Below are positions 35,701 to 49,490 of a stretch of 64,000 nt of DNA, piece by piece (within the stretch, counting starts at the first letter, position 1; each line of letters starts with the position of its first letter). The stretch lies in NCBI GenBank assembly GCA_964035545.1, contig OZ037766.1, forward strand, positions 21,812,767 to 21,876,766, given 5' to 3'. The notes beneath the pieces were generated by a model, which was not told the DNA's origin, did not search any database, and saw only the letters and a program-made list of their open reading frames with translations. Both the position numbers and the translations under genes were made by a program. This DNA comes from Bugula neritina. Its lineage: Eukaryota > Animalia > Bryozoa.

Positions 35701-38700
35701 GACTGCACAGAAATATTCATTTGTAAGCCTCAATCAAAGCTGGCTCAATCTTTAACATGGAGTGAGTATAAAAAGACCAACACCATCAATTATTTGGTTG
35801 CAATTACACCCAAGGGCACTATTTGCTTTATTTCGCATGGAATGGGAGGTAGAGCCTAAGACAAGTGTGTAGTGAATGACTCTGGGTTCTTAGACTTCAT
35901 AAACCCAGGTGATGTGGTTATGGCAGATAGAGGCTTTCTTATTGAAAAAGAACTTATAGGCGCTGGAGCCAAGTTGGCCATACCACCTGGGAAAAGAGGC
36001 CATTTGCAAATGACTAAAATGCAGTTACTGCAAACAAAGTTGATTGCTAACCTTCGAATCCATGTCAAAAGAGCAATCGAAAGAATAAAGGAGTTCAATA
36101 TTTTAAATGGTCCTGGAAGTGTGAACTTGGTGTTGGCACCTCTATTAGACAAGATTATGATAGTTTGCTGTGCTCTCTGTAATCTACAGCCACCATTGGT
36201 GACTGATGAAATTTAGAATTTGAAGTAAAAATGTGTTATTTTTACCTGTGCCATTTTACTAGAAATCTATATCTAGCTTTTATATAATATTCTTATAATT
36301 TTTCATTATAGCAATGAATAAATTACATTGTTTCCACACTAATATTTCATATATTTATAGTTTATTTGAAAGCTTACGTTGTTTATTGTGAATGTTGACT
36401 GCTGCAGAAACTGACCACTATTTTCAAAATTTAAAAGGAAAACAAGTTCCTGGTGCAGAAGTGGCAGAATATGTAATACAATTTTTTTCAAATTGAAGGT
36501 AAGAAATGGGGTCATTTCAGCATTCATAAACTGCACATAATAGCTTATGTGTATATTTATATGGTGTGGACTTGCTATTACTGCGAGCTACAATATTACT
36601 AGCATGGGTGGTTGATTTAACCTCTTAGTAGTTCCCATGGCTCACATACAATAAAATTCTAGTTGAATAGAATATTTATTATTGTAAAGTACAAGACAAA
36701 TGACCAGAATATTTCATTTGTTAAACAGAAACTTTGTAATACTACTGTGGATTGGCTACTGTACATTAGCTAGATGTAGGCGGAGTCTACACTACTTAGC
36801 CATCCAGATGCATATACTAAAGGGCCATTCAAAAACCAGCCAATCAAAGTCATGTACCAAATTCACAGATGTTTACTGCAAGCTTCCAATGCTAAACAAT
36901 AACCCATTCAAGCTGCAACAACAAATAACTACTAAGCTGGCAGTTATGTAATAATTGGCCTCAAGTTGCAAAAGTGTACCAGGTCATTTTTCTAGACATG
37001 AAATTTTCAATTGCATTTTATAAACACTTAATTTAGACATTTTAAAAATTCATTTCAAGAGTCATCAATTTAAGGTATGAAATTAAATAATGCATGAAAA
37101 AAAAGTTGCACAACTAGCTTTTAAAAGCATGCATTTCGCAATTGAACTTGCAGAATTTTATATCAGTTACAATGGTAAGACATTGACCTGGTACACTTCG
37201 CTGATTGGCTGAGTTTTACATGGTCTATTGCATATGCGTATATGTTTGTCTTTAGTTACAGGAGCTTTTGTCCACTACACAGGTTTAGCAGAATTTCAAC
37301 CACTAAACAGCACTTTCTTACAGAGGGCATTGGTGACTACACCTTTCACACTTCTTGTTATGATAATTCAATTACTAAAGAGAATCTAATTATGTATCAC
37401 AAAAAATAGTTGAAAAGATTTTACTTAGTAATATAACATAGTGCTACCTGTGAATACGAGATCAATAAGTTGGTGAAGGAGGAAGACAGCTAGCATAGTA
37501 GCAATGACCAATGAGCTGTGGTGTATCTAAAAGAATAAATACAACATAGAAACAACTATTAGGTTAGATAATATTAAATGCTTAAAAATAGTTAAAAAAT
37601 CTAAAACCAGTTGATTTTATTATTCTATATTGCTTTTCATTATTCTATCCCATTTTTGAAAGCTAAAGCTGAAAGACTTTTTAACACACTTATGCAGCAT
37701 TAAATTATTCACATACATCTTGACCATCAGTTAAATACAACTACAAGGTAGCATGCCAAGCATATCGATTTTATATTAAGTTTTGTGCATATATGTGTTT
37801 TGAGTTAATTCGAGATGATAAAGTTGCCAATGAGTTCCATTTCTGCAGCACTTTGGAACTGATACTGAAAATTTCTACTTGAATAAAACCTGAAAAGTTG
37901 GGTTAAATTAATTATACTTACAGTCCAAAGAATAAAAGTAAGATTCGCCATTCTTCTTGAAACATCAATCCCATAGGCCCTGGCCACTAGCATCCCTAAT
38001 AGTGAGATTCCACTCAATAATAGCAACTGAAGTGCCAACTTGAAATTATCCCCCCATGTCACTCTAAAGTCACAATATCAATCTTTTATTGTATTTATGA
38101 TTTACTTCAAGACAATATTTCATGTATAAAAAGGCCACAGGCATGTTTCATAGCATATCAAAATTGAACTACCATAACTGGTTGTTATACAGGAATGGGT
38201 TGAAGGCAACATTAGCCATGGTATGGAGAAAAAACCTTATAAGTCAAGTCAATCTATGACACAAGTTATTTTGAAATGATCTACAAATAATTAGTCTATC
38301 TAATATATATGTACGTTTAAAAATTTTGAGAAATAAACAGAAACTGGCAGGAGTTACATGTACTTAGCAATCTGGTAACCAATTAAGAAAGTAATAAGTT
38401 TTAAAATGTTTCAGAAAGTCTATCAAAATTTTAACACAAATCAAATTTAGTCGAGTCAATTAATTACTTTGGCAATTCAAGTCAAAGTTGATTGAATCAG
38501 GTACTAGAGTCAGCAAGTACCTGGTTGAACCTAACTTGTACCTTAGCTTATGCAATAATAATTGTTTCTGACTAATTATGTGCATAAAGACACAACACAT
38601 AATTCGGAAATAACTAAAACACATTAGAATTAAGTTGGTACCTTGTTTTTTGAAATATAATTCTTCCAATTGCAACACCGGCAAAATACAACGACATGTA

Positions 38701-40839
38701 ACCTAAAAGAGAGAATATTCCTTCCCTATTGGCTGATAATAGGTCGCTGTGTCTACCACCTTCTCGTAGAATATATTCTTGCAGTTTATGAGACAGCAAA
38801 TATTGATAGATTGCAGCAAATGACACACTGAGTAAAGCAGCTTTGCTTGGTTTCAGAACACAAAGCATTGCAGTGCTTAACAGCTGTAAGGAGACAGAGA
38901 AACATATGATGAAAATCCAACACGTTTTTAACCTATACAACCCAAGTTTCTTATAAAAGCACAACAAATGAAAATGAAAGTTAACCAAAAGCTCATTACT
39001 ATTGATACTGATAGAGTTATAAGTTATTGGTTAAAATTCAGAGATTATTAATCACTTGCAACTTAATTGGTTTTTTAGCCTGCTTTGTTTCGAATAACAT
39101 TATTTGCTAAGAAAGTTAGTTCAATTTATAACAAATGTCTTAGTTTGAAAATATGATGGAAAAAAATACCATACCCTGACTGCTGCCAAAGTGAGGAAAA
39201 AATTCCAGTGAACACCATATTCAGTGACATGTTCCTGATAGTTGGATGATTTAGTGGATATCAACCTGGCTACGCCAAGTATAGTGAGTGGTAGGGACGT
39301 TCTTAATACCTTCCTTAAACTAGCCAATTTCTCACTAAAACCTCTGCAGATATAAAAAATGAAGTTACAAAATCCTGCCATAAGCTAAATAGCATAATGA
39401 TATTTTCAACACAATAATAGTATGTAGGTGAAGCAAGCAGCTGTACACAGCCATATCGCCATGAGAAGATAACTGCCATCATACCGAATTTCTATGGTAG
39501 AATCAGTTGCCTCTTTACAAACGATGGAGTTGCACATAATAAATGCACCAACAAATATATCCATAAGACCAGTTCCAAAAGTTTCGGTTTTAGCGAGTCG
39601 CCTGGGGTAGATCTTAAAGTCAACAGCGAGAATACATATAGCCGTTAGTACGTTGACATATGCCCGGTACCTACAAATTAATTTTTAAAAGAGGAAGTTA
39701 AATATCACATAAATACAATTATTTTGGCGTCTTAGTTGTGCGATAAAGGTGCTACTTACAAAGCCAAAAAATTATCAAATATAGAGGAATGGTAGTAGGA
39801 CATAATGATTTAGTGTACATTCAATCATCTAAACACAGTGTCTTTATGAAAAAAGCTAACATAACACAATGAAAAATTAAATTGGCCAAAAGACAATAAC
39901 AAATTTTTCTTGATTAAATAAGTTTTTATATCTCTTAAAATTATCTTTCTTTTATACATAGTACACTTCAAAAACTAAATTGATAGCAACTACTTGAACA
40001 ATTTAATACAGATCAACAAAGTTTGCTATACTAACAATATAATATATATTCTGAACTAAAACCTGCAATGCAGAGATAGATAAGGTTAAGAACAAACCAG
40101 CTAATATAGCTTCTATCAGTCTTGCCTACAGTTTTATTCATGACTTCTTTCAAAGAGTTATACTTGAAGTTAGTACACGTAGTAGCAAGGAGAAGGAGTG
40201 CCATGGCCAGCATTGTTTGAGTAAATGCCATGTAATGATCAGCGAACACGGTCAAAGTTGCCAATAAAGGTATAACACACAGACCCAAGTCCACCACATA
40301 CATTCTGCAAGCAAATAAAATTAAACAATAGAATGAAAAAATTCAAAAAGTTAATATAATATTATGTGTGCTAAGCCACTCCATTGAACTAAAATTTCTA
40401 AATTGTCACTTATAAAACCATTGGGTTAATAAATTTACGTTATGGGAGCTTAAAATTTTAGAAAATCAATTCTAATAGCGTTAAAGACAGAGTAGTCATC
40501 CCTTTTAGGCGAAATGTAGCATATTAGTCTGAGATGCCTGAAATGACATTCATTTCAGTATACTACCCTTACAGCGTAGGTGCCATACAAAAGATGGGAA
40601 ATGTATTTCCATACTTTTAGTAAAAAAAAATTGAGCTTGACCTACAATGATTTTCCAGCTAAAGTGTGAGCAAATTCATGTCTGTTGATTTTATGTCCTT
40701 GAAAAATAAAGCAGCAGAATGATGAAAAGAGAAGTATGCAGAGTGGTTGAACGAGCTGAATAAAGTCCACTTCAATCCAAGTAGTACCATTAAGGTGACT
40801 AACGAATTGTTCTTTCAATGCTCGCTTACTTTCATCCAT
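32748..40839 (-). CDS. PIGW: Phosphatidylinositol-glycan biosynthesis class W protein (GPI inositol acyltransferase, GWT1), 8 coding exons
   Basis: Exons 40839-40646, 40304-40098, 39670-39485, 39343-39175, 38883-38642, 38063-37922, 37526-37448, 32971-32748; phase-compatible. Motifs [81 protein letters not shown]. Confidence 0.95.
33071..37226 (+). mobile_element. ISL2EU/PIF-Harbinger-group DNA transposon derivative with 1074-bp inverted arms, in the last PIGW intron
   Basis: Arms 33071-34144 and 36153-37226 are near-identical inverted repeats. AGACC...GGTCT termini are flanked by AT on both sides. An internal DDE transposase is present. Confidence 0.88.
34145..36216 (+). pseudogene. DDE_Tnp_4-type transposase (THAP tail, HTH, DDE), inactivated
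   Basis: Remnant [23 protein letters not shown] (34145-34581), then [19 protein letters not shown] (TAA at 35857), MADRGF, and RIHVKRAI (catalytic E replaced by K). Confidence 0.85.
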
Positions 40840-41276
40840 GATCTAAAATTATCATCAAAATAATAAAAAAGTAAATAAGTAGGCATATACAATTTTGTTC
40901 ATCAAGGTCAAAAGATTAAATCTATGGTCAACATAATCTACTTTCTTATGATTGTCATTTTAGCGTCAGAATAACATTTTAATTGTCATACTCCATCTCA
41001 CTGTAGCTATTTTATTAACTGTTTATGATTTATTGTCAGTCATCATTGTGCTAGCCACAGCAACACGAGTAAAACACAAGTCATAAGCAAATCGTTGAAC
41101 AGAAAATGACAGTCATAGAGTAATAATTATAAACACAATTCAACTTCGAAATAATATAAAAAAATTGAAACTAAAACTTCAGTGACCTATGCTAAGTTTA
41201 ATGCTTAGTTTCATATTCAGTAATATTTATATCACAACTATAAATTTAACTTTATACTGATAAATGCATTTAATTT

Positions 41277-41463
41277 GGTGTCCGGTAATAATTGCAAAAG
41301 CAATAATGGCAAAATGGCACATTTTCAATATTAGGGTTTGGGGTGGTGTTTGGGGTGTTGGTTGGGGCTTTAAGGGTTGGGGGTTTGGGAAAATTTAATA
41401 TCAATGTGAGTGTGCCATTTTTATCTGTGCTATTTTTACCGGTGCCATTTTTACCTAAAATCA
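41277..41463 (-). repeat. Short dispersed MITE-like element related to 12256-12438
   Basis: GGTGTCCGGTAA...GTGCCATTTTTACCTAAAATCAT is the reverse complement of the ends of the 12256-12438 copy. Confidence 0.7.
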
Positions 41464-41905
41464 TTTAATCTTGATACTAAGAATGAGTAAGAGTGATAGC
41501 ATTTCAGTGCAGTTGTAAATATGATCATGATTACATCATAATGATAATTACTGTAAACATATAAATATCAATCATAGCTTTTATTATTGCTAGCACTAAA
41601 ATTATATGTATAACTAACAACTAATACTAATAGTAACAGCAATAGTAATACATTAATTGTAAAACTAGTTGTAATAGTAATACCTAACAACTTGATTATT
41701 AATTTTAAATAACTAATAATAGCAAGTGTAAATATAACAATGAGTTATACTAGAAGTAAAAGCGTAATAAAAAATATTATCAGAGCTATTGAACAGTACT
41801 CTTTGCGTCTGGTTGTTGACTCTAAAAAGGCCGTTATGGTGAGCATAGAGCCTAGACTAGGTAGAGGAAATCTTGACTGGAGTTTTTTGACGATAATAGT
41901 TGGCG

Positions 41906-42352
41906 TAGGGCCGCACGACTCGGGTTACCCGCGAAGGACATGCGAGAAAACCCGTCCAGCCCAAAAATGGGGCATCTGGTGTAGGTTTTTATGCGGATAA
42001 CATGCTGAGCAGCAAGTGCAGAAAGCTCGTGCGGGTTTGATCTAATTGGCTGATTACCATTTAGTGAGCGCACTGTTTTTCATTTCAATTCACATTTTCG
42101 CTTTTAGCAAACTGAATTAAAACAGTTTCATACAGTTTGCATTTTCGCTTTTATAATACATCTAAAGTCACTTTGTCGATGGCGTAGATATAAAAACAAA
42201 CATCTGTAGACGAGCAGTAAAGTTAAACTCCAAGATTATTAGCTAATAAACTCCCGCACACACAACACACGCATTGTGTGTGGCAGGTCGCTCCTGGGAC
42301 GGGTTTTCAGAAAATTGAACCTGTGCGGGGTAACTCGTGTCGTGTGGCCCTA
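41906..42352. mobile_element. MITE with imperfect TIRs (TAGGGCC.., hAT-like)
   Basis: TAGGGCCGCACGACTCGGGTTACCC versus GGGTAACTCGTGTCGTGTGGCCCTA; no TSD recognised. Confidence 0.65.
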
Positions 42353-42396
42353 CACTTAGTGCCCTCCAAGACGTCTGCAATGTGACCATAAATACT

Positions 42397-45300
42397 TAGT
42401 CTAGAAGTAACCTCCCAAAAAGTGCTCAAAAAATTGGCTTATTACACTTTACTAGGTGGCCACTCAAAAAAAGTTGTTTCTAGATTAAAATTTTGTGCTG
42501 ATTCTGAATCTACAAACTCTAGAATTCTATCTCTACCCAAACTCAAGATATTGCAAAAAACAAATCGGCATTTGTGAATTGTGTAAAATAGTATCCAATT
42601 TTATCAAGCTATCTTGAAGAAAAAATATTTGCTGAAATATCAAAAATAATTGCCTCTTACTTAGAATTCTATGCTGATATTGAATTTAAAGACTGCAAGA
42701 GGCTATCTCAAATTATAACCAAGTTGTTTATATAAACATATATAGTCTAGAAGTAACCTCCCAAAAAGTGCTCAAAAAATTGGCTTATTACAATTTACTA
42801 AATGGCCACTCAAAAAAAGTTGTTTTTAGATCAGAATTTTGTGCTGATTCTGAATCTACAAACTCTAAAACTCTATCTTTACCCAAACTCAAGTTATTGC
42901 GAAAAACAAATCGACATTTTAGATGGGTGATAAAAAGAAATGTGGATTGTGCAAAATAGTATCCAATTTTATCAAGCTATCTTGAAGAAAAAATATTTGC
43001 TGAAATACCAAAAATAATTGCCTCTTACTTAGAATTCTATGCTGATATTAAATTTAAAGACTGCAAGACGCTATCTCAAATTAAAACCAAGTTGTTTATA
43101 TAAAACATATGTGTTTGTTATGAATCGACATATATTGCATGAGGCATAAGCATGTAGAATAATCATGTATGACCAAGCTATTTATACAAAAATAAAAACA
43201 AAGTCATGCTGATGTGTGAAACAACTATATTTATAAATTTATAGTACAAAATAAATGTTGAAATGAATAAATATTGAAATCTTTTGAGCTCAGCCCAATT
43301 GAACCATTTGCTATATAGTCTGTGGGTAGCCGTTAAACGTCTGCAAAAATCAACAAGATTTTGTAAAATTATTTAGAAGAACAGAAGCATGAGAGATTAT
43401 CAAAATCAAATTGGTTGCAGCAAAATATATAACAAATGTCTAAAAATAGTGCTTTATTATGAAAAAGTATTCTCGTCACCATTGTCACTGCCATCAGTCT
43501 CATCAGCTTCTTTCCCAATATAGAGCTTCTTCTCAGACAATCCTTACATTGACAAACATCAGTGTATGCACTGCATTTGAGATTTCTGACATCCACATCT
43601 TGATATGTTCAGCTGGTCTTACAGGAGCAGTTTAAACTTTGCAATATACATGTTCAGGTACGGAAGCTTGAATAATCCACTTTATATTTATGTTGCCATG
43701 ATTCTCAACAATCTTTTCATAATGTTCTGGGGGTAGTGCATCAATATAGGCTGTTGTCACTCTTCTCCAAATGGCTGCCTGATAATTTGCTCTTTTTACA
43801 TGCAAATTTAATTCATCTTTTGTTGGAGGCAAACTCTATTAAGTTATTTTAGACGGTGAACGAAATACAGTGTATCAGACATTATCTATATATGGATTTC
43901 CTGCTCCATAAAGCTTATAGACAAATTGTTCTACTTCAGCCGATGTAATGGCTTACAGCTTAAAATACTTCCCATGCAAGGTGTTCAAAGTTTCCCATAC
44001 ATTATGAAAATTTTTTCAAAACAGAGTAGGCTGTGCGCTATCTTTTTCCATAAAAAGCACTATAGTCGAATAAAAACCTGTTAAAGCATGAACTCTACCA
44101 AGTGCTGCACACAACTGCGGTTTGGATTTATTTGCTGCAATGTTGACATCCAAATATCTAATATGATTATGGTTTCCTCCCAGCGAGACGCTATTTTTAT
44201 TTTGTTACCATATATATTAATATTACCTATATAACTGATGAATTGATTGCTAATATGCTATAATAGCTATATGTAGCTAATACATAATATATACTAATAC
44301 TAATACTAATATAGTAATACATTAATAATAGACACTATCTTTAATGGATACTTATTAGCAAAATATATTTTTAAACAACAGACAAGATGTATAAAATAAT
44401 ATACAAAATTAATAAGTTAATGCAAATCAAAGGAATTTATTTACGTGCTAAATAACAAGCAATTGATCCAAGTTTATTTAAATATACATATATTTCAATA
44501 ATATTAAAATAAGTTGCACATGAAAATACATTTTACCAAAATAAATAACTAGCGTCTAAGTAGGAAATTTAGTCTAGCCTCTATCTGGCATGACACCATG
44601 ATTACCACACCCGTGAAAAAAAATAATTGGTAAGAAGGTAATGTTTTGCAAATAGCGAGACTTAGGATGAAAGATTGAGATTTGATTATTACACGCGAGA
44701 TTATGATGTTCATAAGATATTTTGCATGTAACAAAGTTTGTGTATCTGCTACCTTGTGATCTAATTGTAAGCATTTGAGTTGTGCTTCCTTAGGAATTCC
44801 ACCATGTTTGGTAAAATTGTAGCGAACGCAATTTTCTTTGGTATGCATCAACTATAATAACAATATTGTTCTCTAAAATATTTTTACTCCATGTTTCACA
44901 CAAAAAGGCACCAGTCTCAAACTCAGCTTATTTTATTTGCTGATAAGAAATTATTATTTTTGTAACAAATGGCACACATGAAAAAAGTACATGCCTATGA
45001 TCTTTGAATGAGGCAGCCCAAGATCATTTTTCTAATGGGTGGTCTAAATATAACCATATATATTAAACATTATAGGAAAGCTTTAGGGTATTTCTTCTGT
45101 AACTATAACTGAGATAAATTGGCTCTATAGTCATTATATCAAGATAGTATAAAAATATGCATTTTAACCAATAGCATTGTTTTAAAAACCAAATTGCTTA
45201 TGTATATATATATATAGTCCAGCCTAAATTTATTAGCAAAGCTCAATTGTACACATTTAAAATATTATCTTCCGGAGTCCAGATCAACCAGCTCATGCTT

Positions 45301-45996
45301 CTCATTACTTATTTTGTAAAAGTAGTTATTATATAATAAAAATGGTGAAGAAAATCATTATCAGACACAGTTTTACTTATAATTCGCCTTTTTTATAGCT
45401 GATCAATAATAATGTTTGCCTTATAACTGATAAACCCAATTCCTTTGCTTGTTTTCGTCCAAATAATCCCCTTTTTTCAGATTTTTTCGCAAGAAAATCA
45501 CTAGAAATAAACTCAGAGAAGTGAAAAACACATCTATGATTATCTGCAAAAGTTTTTACTTGTATATATAATAAACTAGCTTCAATAATTTCAAGATAAT
45601 ATTTAATGAATTTGGACAAAGTTGTGGGGAAACAACTCCTGTAACATTTAAAAGAGTTTTTGTGACTAACCAGGTGAACAGAAAAATTTAGAGTTTTTAT
45701 AAAAGAAAAGTGAAAAAAGTATCTATAATTATTAGCAAATTTATTTTGCTTATATAAAATAAATTAGCTTGAATAAATCCAAAATATTTAGCCGATTCAC
45801 AAAAACGTTAAGAGAAAACAACTCCTGAATAATTTTAAAAGTTTGAAGCGCTTTTGTGGCTAACTGGGTGCACAGAACTGTCTAGAGTTTTCACAGATTA
45901 ATTAGGACCCTTCAAACTTTCTATTTCTAAAAAAATTGCGTGGCCACCCCTCGAAGTGTAATGAGTGAAAGATAATTGGAGGTTACTTCTAGACTA
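42397..45996 (-). mobile_element. Academ DNA transposon remnant
   Basis: TIR TAGTCTAGAAGTAACCTCC at both ends, 3-bp TSD ACT. Minus-strand transposase debris: DHKVADTQTLLHAK (HEEADT-like), HALTG, LPPTKDELNLHVKRANYQAAIW and a Cys-rich tail. Left end tandemly duplicated. Confidence 0.8.
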
Positions 45997-46691
45997 ACTG
46001 TCATGATTCCTAGTAGTGGGCAGTCCGCTATTGCTTGTTGTAGTATGAACAGTTAACTCTTGGAATAAACCTTGTTCTTTGAGAACTTTTTTGCTCTTTG
46101 ATTAATTTACTATTGAGTTTGGGTTGGCAATAGTGGTGAATAAATTCCATAGACTTTCAGTAGTGAATATTTTGAGCTGAAATCCCTGTTGAATCCTTGT
46201 GATTCAGTTACCAGGAATCTGATTTCTGTAACTATCTCTGACTACAGCTACTGTGATATAAAACGGCGAGCCATAGCCATGTCACTGTCACAATCAAGCA
46301 CTGTTACCAATCACCAGAAATAATATTTCCACTGTAGTGACCATCTTGCATTGGGGATATTCCGTTGAAGCAATACTCCGAAGGCCCATTGTCCCAAAGT
46401 TCCATTAGTCTGAAAATTAGTAGACACAGGATAGTTAGGGCATCCTCACTAAGAATATCATAAATTTCACTCACAATTTAGTTAAGGTCTTGCCATATTA
46501 TTGCCCTGTAGGTGGCATGCGTGTTTTCTACTTGTGATTGTTTAGCCTGAAATTACACTATGACCAATAAGCAGCTGCTTTAATTAGGACAATAATATAG
46601 CAAAAACTTTAAACTAAATTGTGAGTAACATTTATGATATTCTCAGCGATTATACACTTGACTATCTTGTGCCTACTAATTTTTGGACTAA

Positions 46692-47058
46692 AGGCCTGGC
46701 CATACACTCGTGAGAATCACACGAAATCGTCTATTTTACATGAAGACACCAGATGCACGATTAAATTTGAGAGAATTCATACGAAATCGTGTTCACTAGG
46801 TGCACCCACCAAAGAAAGCGAAAGTGACGATAAGCACCACTTGATTGGTCAATAGAATTTTAGCAACAGTGATTATTTCAGTTCTACCACATTTCTATAT
46901 CTGACAATCTTCTGCTGTTTGTATCGCGTGCAAGACCCATTTATGGACTATTTATCATGTGTTTTGTCCAACAAACGTGTGGCTGGTCATAATGAGAGGA
47001 TAACTCACAAAAATATTTACATGAATTTTGTGTGATTTTTACGTGTGTAGCCAGGCCT
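46692..47058. mobile_element. Harbinger/Tourist-like MITE
   Basis: TIR AGGCCTGGC(C)ATACAC../..GTGTAGCCAGGCCT with TAA on both sides. Confidence 0.7.
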
Positions 47059-49162
47059 TAATAGACCTTCGGAAGAATGGACCTTCGAAGCAATGGGCCT
47101 TCAGAATATTGACTAGTCACTCCTGTTGAGTCTTTGTGATTCAATCACCCGGAATCAGATTTCTGTCTCGACTACAGCTGCTGTGATTTAAATCGGCACA
47201 ACTAAGCAGCTGGTACTGAACACCAGAAATCAATTCTTGTCACTGGAAATTATACTTATAGAATTGCACTAAAGCTTTATTAGTGAAAATCAGTAAAAGC
47301 TAATTTAACTAGTGTTCCACACAATGGAATTCTAATCCAGCTTTTGATATAAAATAAAAATTGCTTCTTTTTAGGGACACTTATTTTCAAGTGACATTGT
47401 TTATCGTTCAACAGTAACACTTCTTGTCATGGTTACTGATCAACTAGTGACTCTAAGGTCATATTCTACAAGGCTTGAATTTCGGTCCAACAAATACAAT
47501 TCACTGCAATAGTATAAATCAGGGATTAACTTTAAGTTTAAGTATATATATTATGCACAGATATTATTCTGTCTTTAAGGCTTGCACTTAGTCTTACTCC
47601 TAGCTCTACGTGTTACACAGTCTACACTCTACAGAGTCACGCTTACTCTTAGTAATAGTTAGTGTCAGTCAGAGTCTTGCACAGTTCCAGCTACTAACAT
47701 CAAGTTGCAATTAATGAATTATTGTTACTGCTAGTGTTACAGTTACATATATTTTGAATTTAGCAGAGTTTTAGTAAATAATCATAAAAATCATAAAATC
47801 AAAATAAATATTAATAATAATTTATAAAATTAATAACTGTAATAATACATCAAGTTCAACTTCGATAATCATAATGATATGATTAGATTATGAATTTAAA
47901 ATTCATAATCTTATCATATCATTATTATTATAAATATCATAACCATTATGGTTACGATTATCAATTTTGCTCAAAGTTGAACTTGAAGTATTATTGGTAT
48001 TACAATTATTAAATTTAATTATTTCATTAAATTTAATAATCATTAATATTAATATTAATAATGAATATCGTGATCGTCTGTTATTGCAACCAATAAATAT
48101 AATGTTTGATTGAACCAGCATTTATCTTTTCAAACACTAATAATTGCTATGCACAATGATAACAATTTTGGTGTGCATTATAAATATAATAGCATAAATA
48201 TTTAAAATAAAAGCTATTAAATTTCATTAATAAAAAATTATTCAAATTTAAATTATTATGATTGTCTGGTCATATGGTTATGACCTTAACCGCAGCCTGT
48301 GATCTTACTTGCGCAATGCGTGCAAAATCAGAAGCACTATAGTTATTATGCTAACAATCAGCACAATAAGAACGTTATGTTCGATATCGTAACTGACCGC
48401 TAAATCTAAGAGCCACAGACACATGGTTATGAAAATCGCTATAAACCGCACCACGCTGATAATTCACTTGGCGCAGTTCTTAGGAGGTGACTCCAGACAA
48501 CTTTGTCTTTATACACTCTGCACTCATCCATACCCAAATTGATGCTGCTCCTAGCGAACCTCTAATTCTAAATTTAGGTCCACGCTCACTTTGTAGCAGC
48601 CTTTAAGTTGATTCAATCTTACCAATTTGAATTTCCTCATCACGACTTTTTGCTAATGAGCAATGACTAAAGTAAACACAAACTTTGTAAGTTCTGTGCA
48701 CTTTGGTTTTTCTAAATCCTAAGATGTTTGTTATTATATCCAGGTTATTATAGATACATTAACTTTAAGTTTAGGTGATAAGTCTTAGTCTAAGACTAAG
48801 TCCAAGAGTTAAACTTAAGTTATTTAGTTAAAGTAAAACTAAAAGTAAGAGTTATAGTAACTGTAAGACTAAGAGCCAAGGCCCAGGAAGTTATATTTAT
48901 AAATAATAAACTATGACAATTATTTAGATTTTAGATGATCTTAATCAATAATTTTGAAATTTGTCATCATTTAATTTTATATTAATATTAATATTATCAT
49001 AATCATTATGATGGTTATACCCATTGCCATTGGCCATTACTGATTAGTGATTACAGTTACTCATTAGACTTAGTGATTAAAGTTAAACCAAGGCTATTCT
49101 ACTCTTACAGTTACTCTTACAGTCTTAGTCTTAGTGATTAGTCAATAAGTCATTATGATTAT

Positions 49163-49330
49163 CAATGTCATTATTGGCTTATACGAGTCTATGTAGGCCT
49201 ATACTCGATTATGCGGATGTGGTTTGGGATCCTGCGGTTAGAAGTAAGGTGCATGATATAGAGCTGGTCCAGAACAGTGCCATACGGTTCATAAGCAATA
49301 TGAAGGGACGTGCTGACAGTGTGTCTGATG
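49163..49330 (+). mobile_element. CR1-group LINE 3' fragment, left half (interrupted)
   Basis: LAYTSLCRPILDYADVVWDP..IELVQNSAIRFI is a typical post-RT thumb region; it continues in frame at 61109. Confidence 0.85.
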
Positions 49331-49490
49331 CAGTTAGGTGCAGAAATGGAGATTTTGACCAAAAATTCCTCACTGAATAGCATTTTGTTGAAAGCATTTG
49401 ACTTGTGTTAGATGAGTCCTACCAACATATTTGGAATTGTAGAAAGCTATGGATACAACTCTTAGACAAGGGCTGACTAGTGTATCATAT

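Noticed and set aside
33346-36951. Duplicated small ORFs (83 aa at 33346 and 36700, 65 aa at 33761 and 36339) as genes
   Set aside because: The duplication is simply due to the inverted arms of the transposon; there is no independent coding evidence.
41330-41390. Telomeric repeat
   Set aside because: Only isolated TTAGGG-like words inside a MITE core; no tandem array.
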